A stretch of DNA of 63,845 bases, filler included, from Octopus bimaculoides (Eukaryota): NCBI RefSeq assembly GCF_001194135.2. It is 5 parts of 4 records of this genome, joined end to end, with 100 filler letters (N's around TTAATTAATTAA, not from the genome) between each part and the next. Parts side by side here need not be neighbours in the genome. Positions count along the whole stretch, not along the records: positions 25,775 to 41,721 come from NC_068985.1; positions 41,822 to 49,915 come from NC_068984.1; positions 50,016 to 61,910 come from NC_069007.1; 2 more parts are not named here. One strand, 5' to 3'. Positions 37,887 through 50,777 of this stretch are shown one piece after another; the stretch's first letter is position 1, and the number at the start of each line of letters is the position of its first letter. The position numbers were made by a program, and so were the translations under genes. The notes under the pieces were generated by a model. It made no database searches. It saw only the letters and a program-made list of their open reading frames with translations, and had not been told where the DNA came from.

Positions 37887-38994
37887 AAGCCATATAGAAA
37901 ATTATGGGCAACGTATTGGAGGAGGAAAAGTAGGGAGTAAAATTGAGAAAGGGGAAAGGATAGATCTGGTAAGAGATGTAAACGAAGGAGGAAGGAAAGG
38001 ACAAGCAAGGTTGAAAAAGAAGTGGAGAACGAAGAAGGAGTTAGGATGGAAAGAATGAAAGTAAGAATGAAGAATATGCACGAATGTTACATGATCGAAT
38101 GTATTTAGAGAAAAGAAGAAACAAGCAAAGTAGGAAACAAAGTCGGTGAAACGAAGCAAACTGTAACATGAAGGGAGGTGGGAGGAGGAAGAGAAAAGAC
38201 GGAGATAGAGGAAAATGGAAGACATGTTTAGATATGTAACTCTTGGAGAAATGGAGAGAAGGAGAGAGAATGAGAGAGGGAGAGAGAAAGAAATAGAGAG
38301 AGAGAGACAGAGAGAAAGACAGAAAGAGTGAGGAAAATAGAGAGAGAGGAAAATAAAGAAAGTGAGAGAGTGGAAAATAGAGAAAGAGAGAGAGAGTAGG
38401 AAAAAGAGGGAGAGAGAGTAGGAAAAAGAGTTGGGGAGAGAGAGTAGGAAAAAGAGTTGGAGAGAGAGACAGTAGGAAAAAGAGGGGTAGAGAGAGAGAG
38501 AGAGAGAAAGAATAAGGCGATTGTGAAATCCTCTTAAGTTTATCTTGTCGATTTAATTGCGTTTGTCTGTCTGTCTGTTTTTCTGTTCCGCTCTGCTCTC
38601 TTTTCTTTTCATTTTTGTTTTGCAAAAACAGATTAACGACGCTAAAATCTATAAGTGGGTTGCCTTCCTAATGCATTCTGGCAGGCTCTGCAAGGTCTAC
38701 TTCTGCTGCCATTGGCAGACAGAACGATGCAAGCAAGCTATAAGCCACAGACTACAAGCTACGAACAAGCTCTCTCTCTTATCCAACCACACACCGTCAC
38801 GTGAAACCCACTGAACTAAGCTTAGAAGTAATAGAATAATAACTATTATACCTGTACAGTCAAGAATGGCGGTGATTTCAAACAAATTCTTTGGTTAGAA
38901 TATATTACAAGATTTCTGTCTGGTGGTGGGTTGTTGATAAGGCTCCCTTTTTTAGTCACTTTTTATTGTTTATTAATTTTATATCTTTATAATA

Positions 38995-39060
<66 letters not shown>

Positions 39061-39719
39061 GCTGAAGTTCAAAAGATAGTGCTCATGGGAACTGCCCATA
39101 TCCTACGTAAAATACTGTCTATGTGATCTCAAATTTTAAAGCAAACACATAATTTTCTTATGGTTTCTTAAACATTCTCTAGAACAACACTATGTACAAA
39201 TCCAAATATATGGTACCCTAGGCATAACACCTACATGAACTTCCAGCTTGTTGTCTCTTGAAGTCTCTGGGTGAGACTTGGATCCAACTTGTACAAATGC
39301 AAAGCAAAAGTCAAACATAAAATAATAATAATAATCCTTTCTACTATGTGCACAAGGCCTGGATTTTTTGTGGGGAGGGGGACAATCGATCACATCGACT
39401 CCAATACTTGACTGGTACTAAATTTATCGACCTCAAAAAGGACGAAAGGCAAAGTCGACCTCTACGGAATTTGAACTCATGACGTAGCGACGAGCAAAAT
39501 ACCACTAAGCATTTCGTCCAACGTGCTAACGATTCTGCCAGCTCACCGCCTTAACAGTAATAATAATGATAATAATAATATGGGCACTGCACACATCCTA
39601 CGCAAAAACATTTTCAATACAGTAACCATAAGAGCATCACAGCAAACCACAGCACATACCCAAGGCACACAGAGCTGCGCTCGGTAGTGAAGTGAAAGCA
39701 CGTTATAAAAATAAAATTA

Positions 39720-39779
<60 letters not shown>

Positions 39780-40610
39780 TATATGGAAACTTGAATGTTG
39801 AGATCGCCAAGATGTAACAGCAGCGAGAGTCAAACATAAAGATTGTTCCTGTTGTCATTGAAGCATTAGGTTTAATACAACCTAACCCAAAGAAACATCT
39901 GGAAACTTTAGAAATACCTTACAATCCACTTTACTTGGAACTGCACGCATACAACGTAAAGTGCTGTCTATCTGCAGTCCCTATTGTGACATGATAGACA
40001 GCACAAGTCACCGGTACAAATAATATCATTTCAATGTTGCCTACTGCGTAACATCTTTGATATGTTGTTGGCACTCCGTCGCTTACGACGTCGAGGGTTC
40101 CAGTTGATCCGATCAACGAAACAGCCTGCTCGTGAAATTAACGTGCAAGTGGCTGAGCACTCCACAGACACGTGTACCCTTAACGTAGTTCTCGGGGATA
40201 TTCAGCGTGACACAGTGTGTGACAAGGCTGACCCTTTGAATTACAGGCACAACAGAAACAGGAAGTGAGAGTGAGAGAAAGTTGTGGTGAAAGAGTACAG
40301 CAGGGTTCGCCACCATCCCCTGCCGGAGCCTCGTGGAGCTTTTAAGTGCTTTCGCTCAAAAAACACTCACAACACCCGGTCTGGGAATCGAAACCGCGAC
40401 CCTATGACCGCGAGTCCGCTGCCCTAACCCCTGGGCCATCGCGCCTCCACTACATCTTTGATAATAATGATAATAATAATTATTATTATCATTTAAGAAA
40501 TTAAAAAGTGGTCGAAGAAGAATGGCGTAAAAATGAAAATTGAGCGCGTCCAGAAAACAAGTATTACTTGGTAGTGCAAGGAGTCTCCGTAAAACCCTTC
40601 AAACTTGAAA
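38995..40610 (+). mobile_element. Cluster of R4/Dong-like RLE-LINE 3' fragments in (TAA)n tracts, interleaved with SINEs B and D
   Basis: AEVQKIVLMGTAHILRKILSM* (39061-39126), MGTAHILRK (39580), YGNLNVEIAKM*..KIVPVVIEALG (39782), KIERVQKT/VLLGSARSLRKTLQT* (40533-40609). The first three start right after (AAT)n. Confidence 0.75.
40065..40452 (-). mobile_element. SINE family D (young, CpG-intact)
   Basis: Head GTGGAGGCGCGATGGCCCAGGGGTTAGG..GGTTTCGATTCCC on the minus strand. Confidence 0.85.
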
Positions 40611-40796
40611 AGACCCCCCCCCCCCATCTTGATTTACGTGAAGTGAACAGTTGGTACATTAATTAACATCTCCAGTAACAAGCAATGTAAAATGTGATCT
40701 GAATGCCAAAACTGAAAATGATGTTGTAAACTCTTGGTTATTGGAGTATTTGATTCTAAATTTAGAAAAATTAAAATTATCCAATTCCCACTGATA

Positions 40797-40958
40797 TACG
40801 ATGGGGTGCTGATAAGTTCCTGGTTTTAAGCGTGTCGCGAAAGGCCTGGCTAGAGGTTCAATCTTCCGAGTTCTTTTACAGGGCTTGGAAAGACTGAAGG
40901 ACCGCTGCAATAGGTATGGGAACCTGAGAGAAGAATATGTTACATAAAATCATAATTA
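40797..40958 (+). mobile_element. Internally deleted mariner derivative
   Basis: TIR-like TACGATGGGGTGCTGATAAGTTCC fused to a transposase C-terminus, GLERLKDRCNRYGNLREEYVT*. Confidence 0.7.
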
Positions 40959-41653
40959 ACAGGAATAGTTAATCGCAGTATGATTTGAACTCTCAAACTC
41001 AAGAAACTCGAGTAAATATTACCACAAGGCTTTCCATTCGCTGTTCTAAAGATTCTTTCAATTTGCTGTCTACAAAGAATAAATTCTTGTAATTCGGCAA
41101 AAAAAAAGGTACGCTTATTATTATTATTATTTTTTATTTAACATTTAGTTTGGCGTTTCTGTTAGCTTTAAAACATTGATATTCTGTAACTGACATAAAA
41201 ACAAAAGACAAACACAACAGCAACAGCAGCAAAGTAGTAGTGGTAGTAGTAGCAGCAGCAGTAGCAGCAGTAGTAGTGGTGGTAGTAGTAGTCATCGTCG
41301 TCGTCGTCGTCGTCGTCGTAGTAGTAGTAGTAGGAGGAGTAGTGGTTGTAGCAGTAAGCAGTATTAGATTACGTTGTTTAACTTCAGGTTAAACAATCTT
41401 TACTTCAGAGTACTGTTGCTGAATATCTCTCGTTGTAAGATTTAAAAATAGGGATTTTCCAGGTTAGTTTCCAATGGACGTACCTATCATCAAAGGCGTT
41501 CCGAGTGTGGCCATTTCGTCTACGTCGTGTATCTAAGACCACGATTATCAAATGTGTATTTTTTGTCGTAAGTTGACAGCGTTGTGATACTATTTTTAGC
41601 AGGTCAAGCAACCAAATAGCAGCCCTGCCATCAGCCTGGCAAATACATTAGAA

Positions 41654-41721
<68 letters not shown>

Positions 41722-41821
41722 NNNNNNNNNNNNNNNNNNNNNNNNNNNNNNNNNNNNNNNNNNNNTTAATTAATTAANNNNNNNNNNNNNNNNNNNNNNN
41801 NNNNNNNNNNNNNNNNNNNNN
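41722..41821. other. Artificial scaffold-join spacer
   Basis: 44 N + TTAATTAATTAA + 44 N. Confidence 0.97.
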
Positions 41822-42013
41822 AAAGGGTCAGCCTTGTCACACTGTGTCACGCTGAATATCCCCGAGAACTACGTTAAGGATACACGTGTCTGTGGAGTGC
41901 TCAGCCACTTGCATGTTAATTTCATGAGCAGGCTGTTCCGTTGATCGGATCAACTGAACCCTCGACGTCGTAAGTGACGGAGTGCCAGCAATATATATAT
42001 ATATATATATATA

Positions 42014-42624
42014 AGGTTTTTAACTTTTAAATTTTCATATTCAAAAGAGACAGAGACTTCAAACTCGATATATCGATTTATTCACCACTCTATGTTAACA
42101 TTTCTGTGCCAAACTTATCCAGTGACTGGTCCATTGGATTTAGACATTTGGCACTTCTTCAGGAGTGGTTACCAACCGAACAAAACACGAAAAAACACAT
42201 ACATAATGATCATTAAATCCTTAGAATCTCGTTAGATGGATAAGTATACGGGTAAAGTGTATGTATGCATATGTATACGGGTAATATAGTATAGTAAAGA
42301 GAAATAAACAAAATTATAAATTAATCTTGTGGAAATTCACAGGAGAGCAATAAAAGTAGAAAAATTAAGGAGTTATCTCCCCTATAATAACAAAGATGAA
42401 ATCTAACGAGATTCTAAGGATTTAATGATCGTTATGTATGTGTTTTTTCGTGTTTTGTTCGGTTGGTAACCACTCCTGAAGAAGTGCCAAATGTCTAAAT
42501 CCAATGGACCAGTCACTGGATAAGTTTGGCACAGAAATGTTAACATAGAGTGGTGAATAAATCGATATATCGAGTTTGAAGTCTCTGTCTCTTTTGAATA
42601 TGAAAATTTAAAAGTTAAAAACCT
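42014..42624. mobile_element. Foldback element / large MITE with 224-bp inverted arms, TA-flanked
   Basis: 42014-42237 is the reverse complement of 42401-42624 with one visible mismatch; 163-bp spacer; TATA on both sides. Confidence 0.93.
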
Positions 42625-42990
42625 TATAATATAAATATAAACTGTGAGAACGACCCTTAAGGAATCTAGTTAATGATCCCCTAAGGTAAGTTCTTATGCT
42701 ATATTGGTAACAGTTGCTNNNNNNNNNNNNNNNNNNNNNNNNNNNNNNNNNNNNNNNNNNNNNNNNNNNNNNNNNNNNNNNNNNNNNNNNNNNNNNNNNN
42801 NNNNNNNNNNNNNNNNNNNNNNNNNNNNNNNNNNNNNNNNNNNNNNNNNNNNNNNNNNNNNNNNNNNNNNNNNNNNNNNNNNNNNNNNNNNNNNNNNNNN
42901 NNNNNNNNNNNNNNNNNNNNNNNNNNNNNNNNNNNNNNNNNNNNNNNNNNNNNNNNNNNNNNNNNNNNNNNNNNNNNNNNNNNNNNNNNN

Positions 42991-43037
<47 letters not shown>

Positions 43038-44779
43038 TCACATACACAGAACAAAACTGCATCCCAAACATTATCCTCCTTCTGCAGATCTGCAAACTCT
43101 TCATCTCTGATCAAGTGTATACTTTGTACAAAGCTGAAGATAGAACAACAATAGAGTATTGCTTCCATGTCTAAGAAAGCACTCTTACTATACACAGACA
43201 CTTAAGCTACATCCAAATAGAAGCCAACTGATTGACAAAGACTTGTTCACCAACAAACTATAACCTCTGTCCAAATAATGTGCCTTCACTATATGAACTA
43301 TATATCCACTTCACCCATCTCTCCTCCTCTTATCACTCGTACTGCACTAACCATTTTATCCAATCCTTTTCCTCATGACATCACCTGCTGGAACCTCTTT
43401 CTCATCCACTTTTGTCTTGCAGATGTTGCACTGAACATTAACTGCATCAATTCCACCAATCTTTGAGGGCCTGCAAAAGTCATGACTAACTCATTAAAAC
43501 TAGGTTTACTAAAACAGAACAATTTCATAGAATTTTATGTTTGTATAATGTTAAAATGAACATGTCCAACTATACAACTGATTATGTAAAATGCTTTCTT
43601 TCTGGTCATTACCTGGGACAGCTGTATGTACAGTTAGAAAAATAAACTTTAAGGCAATTGACTTGAGCTATAAATTTAAATAAGTACCCAGTCGTTGACA
43701 CAAAATATATAACCAAAATATCGAAATGTAATCTTACAACAAATTCTCACGTTTATGAGAATTTCCAAATTATTCAACAGCAGTCAAAAATACACACAAG
43801 TTTCAGAAGAAAGTGGCACATTCCATACAGTACCACATATAACACTGGATTAAATAAAAGATAAATACAAGTTATCAAAGCTGTCTGATGATAGTAATAA
43901 GTGTAGATACTTGGGCCAATCAGAGTGTACTACCCACAACATTTATAATATAGCTTACTTGTAGATTGACATATCTAATTTTCACTTACTGTACTCCACT
44001 TAAACCTTTCGAATAAATCATTTCAGATGACTAGGGTTCAGGTGCAACATAATCTTGGAAATGGATAAAAATATAAAAATTGGACAATGAATCTTACTGG
44101 TTCATTTCAACTTTTGTCTAATCAAGAGTGCTTTTACATGACTTTAATCTCATTAATGTGTGACTATGAAACTGGTATAAGCTTTCAGTTTTGTAAGATT
44201 TAATTTCTATTACATTTACTGTCTCTGTGCTTTATTTCATGACTTTCTGTAATAACTTCAACATGCTTCTCACAAAGATATTTCATCTCTCCACCAAGCA
44301 CTGTCTTAACAATTTCATCTTTCACAGAATAATTGTTACCTTAGTAGCTCTTTTACCAACTCTCCATTTTCTTTTAATTTGTGGCATTGATGAGGTATGG
44401 AATCTTTAGTACACTCTTTAGAAACTCAGTCACAAAATGCCCATCATCAGTTAAATGTTCCCCTTGTACACAGGAGAGTGATGGATCCATATACTGTATT
44501 AAAAAGATGCAACTTGGAGATCAGCAACTTTAAATTATTTCAATATGGAGTATAGAGTACCTTTAATCTGTAAAACCTGTTTGTTGTACAATAAACATAC
44601 CAAATTCACTGTGCTAAGTAGCAAAAAGAATGCCCAGTCAACAAAGCATGCAGAACAGCACTTCTATTGTAACACTGGCATTAGTTATGTTAAAGTATGG
44701 AAGTTGAGTGTGAGCACCCCTCAATTATCAAGCAACAGCAACACACTATTTTTTGTCAGAGCTTCGTTTAGAATTTTAT

Positions 44780-46520
44780 ACTGTTACTGCTGAGTCAGGT
44801 TAGATATTTGAGATGCCACATGTTTTGTGGAAAAGTGAGGTAGAATGTTGCTTCAGTGAGAATTGACACAGGAAAGGAGTTTAGGTATGTTTTGAATAGG
44901 TAACCACCTTAGTATAGATAGTGAATGTATACTGTTAGCAGAAAGGTGAGTAATGTAATTAAAATAGACATGATAAATGACAATAAGTGAACTCAAGTAG
45001 CCATCCATGATTCTTCCATAAGCAAGATTAACATTCAAGCAAAAGATTTTGTTTTATGCAGTTTTTGTACATATTACATCAAGAACTGATTACAAAAATA
45101 TCATAACTGGTGATTTCAAAGGCCATGTCAGAAAACACCAGAATAGGTGCACAGAAGCCGTGAGTATTGTACAGGAAATAAAGCATCAAAGTTTATGGAA
45201 TTCTGTAATACAAATAAACTATAGTTGCCACACAATTCAGAATGCCAACCATGCATTCACCTATCAATCAAGTAGGTATGAGAGACAAATTAATTCTGTT
45301 CTTACCAAAGAACAAGACATGAAGATGGTTGTGATCATTAATGTGCTCCTGGGAGTGAAGAAGGAAACAAATGTCAAGCTCAAGGAATGTAAGGAAGCTA
45401 AAAGATCCCATAATAAGCAAAAATTCTACTTCGTAGTAACATCTATTTAGACAGAGAGCAGGAGATGCATAGCTTGTCAATTCTAAAAGACAAATGATTT
45501 TGGAGATTAGGCACAGCCCCCTTCCTGATCAAAGGAAGGGTGCTATTTTTGTAGGTCAAGAAAAGCAAGGAGCAATGTCAAAAGGTCTAGTATGTATTTA
45601 TTTAGCTCGGAAACAAACTGAACAATGATGATGAGAAGCATGAAGTATTCAAAATTGCAAGGTAATGTTCTCAAACAAACAAAAGACAATAAAAAAAAGG
45701 TCAGGATTACATAATTTTCTTTAGGGCTTTTATAGTCTAATGACAGGATTCTCATTGCAGAGCTTCGGAAAACATTGCAAAAATTGCAAAAAAAAACATG
45801 GTCAAAAATTCAAGGATCAATATATCATAAATGAAAATGCTAGTAACAGAGAGCACAAAATCTCTATCTTGAAAGTTTGTAGAAAAAAAATGGGTGTGAA
45901 CTTGAATTATATTAGTGCAAACAATGACAATATAAAAGAAGTAAAGAAATAGAAAGTAGATTAACAGAGAAGCAGTACATCAAATACATGAGATGTACAA
46001 GAATAGTTTACAGATAAGGTACCTATGAAGAACACAGACAGCTGACTAGTTATAGTAGTGTTATCTATAAAATCTGATTAGTATGAAAATAATTGGAATG
46101 AGGTTGCAGTTGCTAAAGCAAATAATGGATAGAAGTTCAGAAGCTGTTATTTGTATTAACAACAAAAATGTATGTTTTCTTTCAAAATATAAGACTATGG
46201 AGTATTTTCAAAAACATGATACTTCATGGTAGTGAGATTTGAATGAATAAGATATTTGTGACTGGAAAAAAGATGAATTGTATGCATGTCATTAGCTTAA
46301 AATGGAAAATATAAATGAGAACAGAAATAACTGTGGACCACAAATGTATGAAGGAGGGATGATTGCATTAGTTGGATGGTAAAGTAGTGTGATGTCAGGT
46401 GGAATCTGTTCATAGTCAAGGAAGATAAAAAAAGACATTCAGAGTTATAGAGAGAAGACTGAGAAAAGAATTGATATGTTGTATTGCAGGATCACCTAAC
46501 CTGTGCCAGTATGGGCAAAT
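44780..46520 (+). mobile_element. Highly decayed RTE-type LINE (APE to RT start)
   Basis: ITGDFKGHV and FTYQS..YERQINSVL are decayed APE motifs (GDFN.HVG, TY.S...QID.VL); many stops and frameshifts. Confidence 0.65.
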
Positions 46521-46561
46521 GAACATTCAAATAATGATGGTCAAAACAACTGGCAAAATAC

Positions 46562-46606
<45 letters not shown>

Positions 46607-46847
46607 NNNNNNNNNNNNNNNNNNNNNNNNNNNNNNNNNNNNNNNNNNNNNNNNNNNNNNNNNNNNNNNNNNNNNNNNNNNNNNNNNNNNNNNNNNNNNN
46701 NNNNNNNNNNNNNNNNNNNNNNNNNNNNNNNNNNNNNNNNNNNNNNNNNNNNNNNNNNNNNNNNNNNNNNNNNNNNNNNNNNNNNNNNNNNNNNNNNNNN
46801 NNNNNNNNNNNNNNNNNNNNNNNNNNNNNNNNNNNNNNNNNNNNNNN

Positions 46848-47052
46848 TGGCCGTTTTCGTGCGGGTGACACGTAAAAGCACCCACTACACTCTCTGAGTG
46901 GTTGGCGTTAGGAAGGGCATCCAGCTGTAGAAACTCTGCCAAATTAGATTGGAGCCTGGTGTTGCCATCCGGTTTCACCAGTCCTCAGTCAAATCGTCCA
47001 ACCCATGCTAGCATGGAAAGCGGACGTTAAACGACGATGATGATGATGATGA
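46848..47052 (+). mobile_element. Family C retroposon (young) with a (GAT)n tail
   Basis: Full consensus 3' end with CpGs retained. Confidence 0.85.
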
Positions 47053-47414
47053 TATGCATGCAGATACTTATTCATATAGATGTATATTCCTTGTCTTCTA
47101 GAATTTAATAGCTTTCAACCAGTGATAAACATGTCTCAGATATATCAATCAAATGGGGTTTAAGTATACCTCAAGTATATAAAATTAGTGTTGAATCAAA
47201 AATATTTTGAAAAAAGTAAAAATAAGGATTTTACAAAACAATTTTAGCCCTTTTATTCTATTTTCATATTTCAGATCACGGCAAATATTGAATTAAGGGA
47301 ATTCAGTAAAAAGAGTGTCTAATAATGTCTCATATATATATATATATATATCTGCCTTCTTTCATATTTGCATTGTTTGTAAGGAATAACAGTGGATTCT
47401 TAAGCAATAAACAC

Positions 47415-47492
47415 CTGTCCTGCATATGTGTCAGACATTTCCCAAACAAGAGACTTCACAATCTTTGCAATCCTTGTAACATTTTTGTTGTC
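47415..47492 (-). CDS. Candidate exon of an unidentified gene
   Basis: Strong acceptor TTTTTCCTCTTTTCACAG. Reads either as 78 nt phase 0-0 (DNKNVTRIAKIVKSLVWEMSDTYAGQ) or as a terminal exon (GQQKCYKDCKDCEVSCLGNV*). Confidence 0.25.
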
Positions 47493-48150
47493 CTGTGAAA
47501 AGAGGAAAAAGATAAAAATCAATTTTTACATAGACAGACACATATATGCAAATATATATATATACACACATGCACATATTCTTTTACTAATTTCAGTCCT
47601 TTGATTGTAGCCATGCTGAATTACTACCTTGAAGAATTTTAGTCAAATGAATCGACCCAACACTTTCTTTTTAGCCTGGTACTTATTCTATTGATCTCTT
47701 AGGCCAAACAACTAAGTTACAGGAACATAAACACACCAACACCAGCTGTCAAGTAGTGGTGAGGGACAAGCACACACATATACAGTGGGCTTCTTTTAGT
47801 TTTTGTTTACCAAATCCACTCACAAGACTTTGGTTGGCCCAAAGCTATAGTAGAAGAGAGTTGCCCAAGGTGCCACACTGTGGAATGTACCCAGAACCAT
47901 GTGGTTAGGAAGCTAACGTCTTACCACACAGCCATAACAAAATCATCATTATCATTGTTTAACATCTGTTTTCCATGCTGGCATGTGTTGGATGGTCTGA
48001 CTGAGGTCTGGAAAGCCAGCGGCTGCACCAGTTTCTAATCTAATCTGGCAATGTTTCTACAGTTGGATGCCCTTCCTAACTCCAACCACTCCAAGAGTAT
48101 AGTGGGTGCTTTTTACATGCCACTGATTTTATATACATTATACATTTATA

Positions 48151-49137
48151 TTAGGGGTACCCTTTGCAAAGTAATGTCATATTTTATGTAATAAGTTCAA
48201 ATCAACATAAAATGTAAGTATATTAATTCATTAATCACCATCATTAGCAATAACATTTTACCCCCTTGAAACCAGTTTTTTGATAACTCAGGCAGAAAAA
48301 AAATCAGGTTCTATAGAAGAGAAAACTGGAGGAAATATCATTTCGACATTGCCCAAACTTCTGAATATTTTAAGACAGCTAAAGTGTTCAGGTGATCTAA
48401 GTAAAGAACGGGTTAAGTAGGGACAGTGAGGTAGTACTTCTCAAGCCTAATAAATTTATCTCTTCTTGCATTATCTTCACTGAATGTAGCTTTACATTAC
48501 CATGTTGCAGAATGACTTCCTTTCTATTGACTAGAACTGGTTGTTTTTTGAGCAAAACTTGATTGACATATTCAACTTGTTGACAATAAAATTTTACAGT
48601 AATGCTTTTCCCTTGTTCCAATAATTCAATGTGAGCAATACTTATTATATTCCACCAGACATACAGCAAAACCTTTTTTAGATGTAGATCTGGTTTAGAT
48701 GATGGAAATGAATTTTCATTCATGTTAGCCATTACTTCTTATGTTAATTTTTGGCATAAACTATCCATTTCTCGTAACCTGCTAAAATTCAATTAAGAAA
48801 ATGAGTTTACTCATTTTGATATTCAAATTGTTAAATGCACTGCTTTATTCTTGGGGGACATCCCATGTAGTACCCGCTTCCCTTCTTTATGCATTTTCCC
48901 AATCTGCTTCAGATGTTTTTTCACAGTGGATCAAGGTTCATTAAGCACCCAAGATAAGTTCTCATTACTTTGATATGGATCCAATTCAATTGCATCATTA
49001 TTGAGAACAGTTGGTCTTCCTGATTAATACATACCCAAAGGATCAAAATCACTGCTTTTGAATTTGTTAAACCACCTTTGGCATTTCCAAACACTCACGC
49101 CATCAGGATATACAATACAGATGTTTTCCTTTGCACA
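48151..49137 (-). mobile_element. Mariner transposon relic (3' TIR plus most of the transposase)
   Basis: TA|TTAGGGGTACCCTTTGCAAAGTAAT TIR; KENICIVY..VSVWKCQRWFNKFKSSDF, GRPTVL, KKVLLYVWWN..IAHIELLEQGKSIT..FYCQQ and VILQHGN are mariner DD34D transposase motifs, now decayed. Confidence 0.9.
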
Positions 49138-49205
49138 TATTTATTTGTATATTCATATATACATGTGTTTGTGTGTAAGTATATGTGTGTGTGTGTGTGT
49201 ATATA

Positions 49206-49877
49206 CTTGAGAATATTTGGGACTCAACGTAGCCAACGAACAGGTTTGCATAGTTGGGGCCCATGCTTGTTCCCATGGCCACTTCCAAAATTTGCTGGTA
49301 AAAATTACCTGTGAATGAGAAGCAGTTAAGTGAGAGGACAAGTTCAGCCAGACGAAGGAGAGTGGATGTGTCAGGTTGGGAGTTGGGTCGAAGGTCAAGG
49401 AAATGTTGGAGTGCACGCAGCCCCTCATGGTGAGGGATAACCGTGTATAGACTCTTGATGTCAAGAGTGAAGGGACTAGGAGGGAAGGAGAAAGAGTTGA
49501 ATAAACGAAGAGCATGGTTGGTGTTATGGATGTGAGAGGGGAGGAAAGCCACTAGGGGGCAAGGACACAGTCAAGATATCTGGCAATGAGTTCGGTGGGG
49601 CAGTTGCAGGAGGAGATGATGGGGCAGCCAGCGTTAAGAGTAATGTCCCTTGGTATCAAAAAAACATTATCTCTGGGGGTGTTTTTGTTGCAAGTCGGTG
49701 AAAGTTTTCTCAAAAGAGTTTATGGGAAATGTGTGTCTTCAAGGCTGGTGTTCTTGTGGAAAAGGAATGTGTGTAGTGGTACTATATGTATAGCCTTGGT
49801 GAGAAGTGGAGGGAGGGGGGATACATATCTGTTTGTTAGTATGTTTTCTTTCTTTTACGTTTTAGTTAAATTCTTGG

Positions 49878-49880
<3 letters not shown>
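49206..49880 (-). mobile_element. Penelope-like element reverse transcriptase fragment
   Basis: GCPIISCNCPTELIARYLD..LAP, FTLDIKSLYTVIPH.EGL.AL..FL and NCFSF...FYQQ..EVAMGTSMGPNYANLFVGYVE are PLE RT motifs. Confidence 0.92.
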
Positions 49881-49915
<35 letters not shown>

Positions 49916-50015
49916 NNNNNNNNNNNNNNNNNNNNNNNNNNNNNNNNNNNNNNNNNNNNTTAATTAATTAANNNNNNNNNNNNNNNNNNNNNNNNNNNNN
50001 NNNNNNNNNNNNNNN
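49916..50015. other. Artificial scaffold-join spacer
   Basis: 44 N + TTAATTAATTAA + 44 N. Confidence 0.97.
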
Positions 50016-50189
50016 TACATATCATCGACCACAAACTAAAAACAACAAAATAAAAAAAAAATAAATAAATCGCACACAAATGAACTCTTGGATTGCAACA
50101 TTGAAACAAAAAAAAAAAAGGAAAAAATTAAAAAAAGAAGAAAATGATAGTAAAATAAAATAAGCAAACTAATAATAACAATAATAATA

Positions 50190-50660
50190 ATAAAAATAAT
50201 AATAATAATCCTTTCTGCTATAGGCAGAAGACCTAAAATTTGGGAGAGGGGGATAGTTGACTACATCGACCACAGTACGCAACTGGTACTTAATTTATCA
50301 ACCCTGATTGGATGAAAGGCAAAGTCGACCTCGGCGGAATTTGAACTCAGAATGTAAACAGTCAAAAGAATTATCACAAGACTGTTTTCTGACACACTAC
50401 TGCTTCTGCCATTCCAATAATAATAATAATCGTTTCTGTTATAGGCACAAGACCTGAAATTTTGGGGGAGGGGGCTAGTTGATTACATCGACCCCAGTGC
50501 TCAACTGATCCTTATTTTATCATCCCTGGAAGGGTGAAAGGCAAAGTTGACCATACCGAGGTCGAGTTTGAACTCAGAACGTAAAGATAGATGAAACCCT
50601 ATTAAGCATTTTGCCTGGAGTGCTAACAGTTCTGCTGCCTTCCATCGAATAATAATAATA
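50190..50660 (-). mobile_element. Head-to-tail tandem pair of family B SINEs separated by (AAT)n
   Basis: Two consensus copies, each ending in (ATT)n on the minus strand. Confidence 0.8.
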
Positions 50661-50777
50661 ATAATAACAATAATTATCATTATCATTATTTTTATTTACT
50701 ACAAAAGCAAACAATGAATGGAACATACGAAAAACAAATTCCAAAACAAAAGGAAGAATATTTAGAGAATTGATTAA

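Noticed and set aside
41483-41635. Open minus-strand frame (ADGRAAIWLLDLLK...AFDDR) whose phase fits the next ChAT exon
   Set aside because: No similarity to the ChAT segment expected there; weak acceptor; at the scaffold end.
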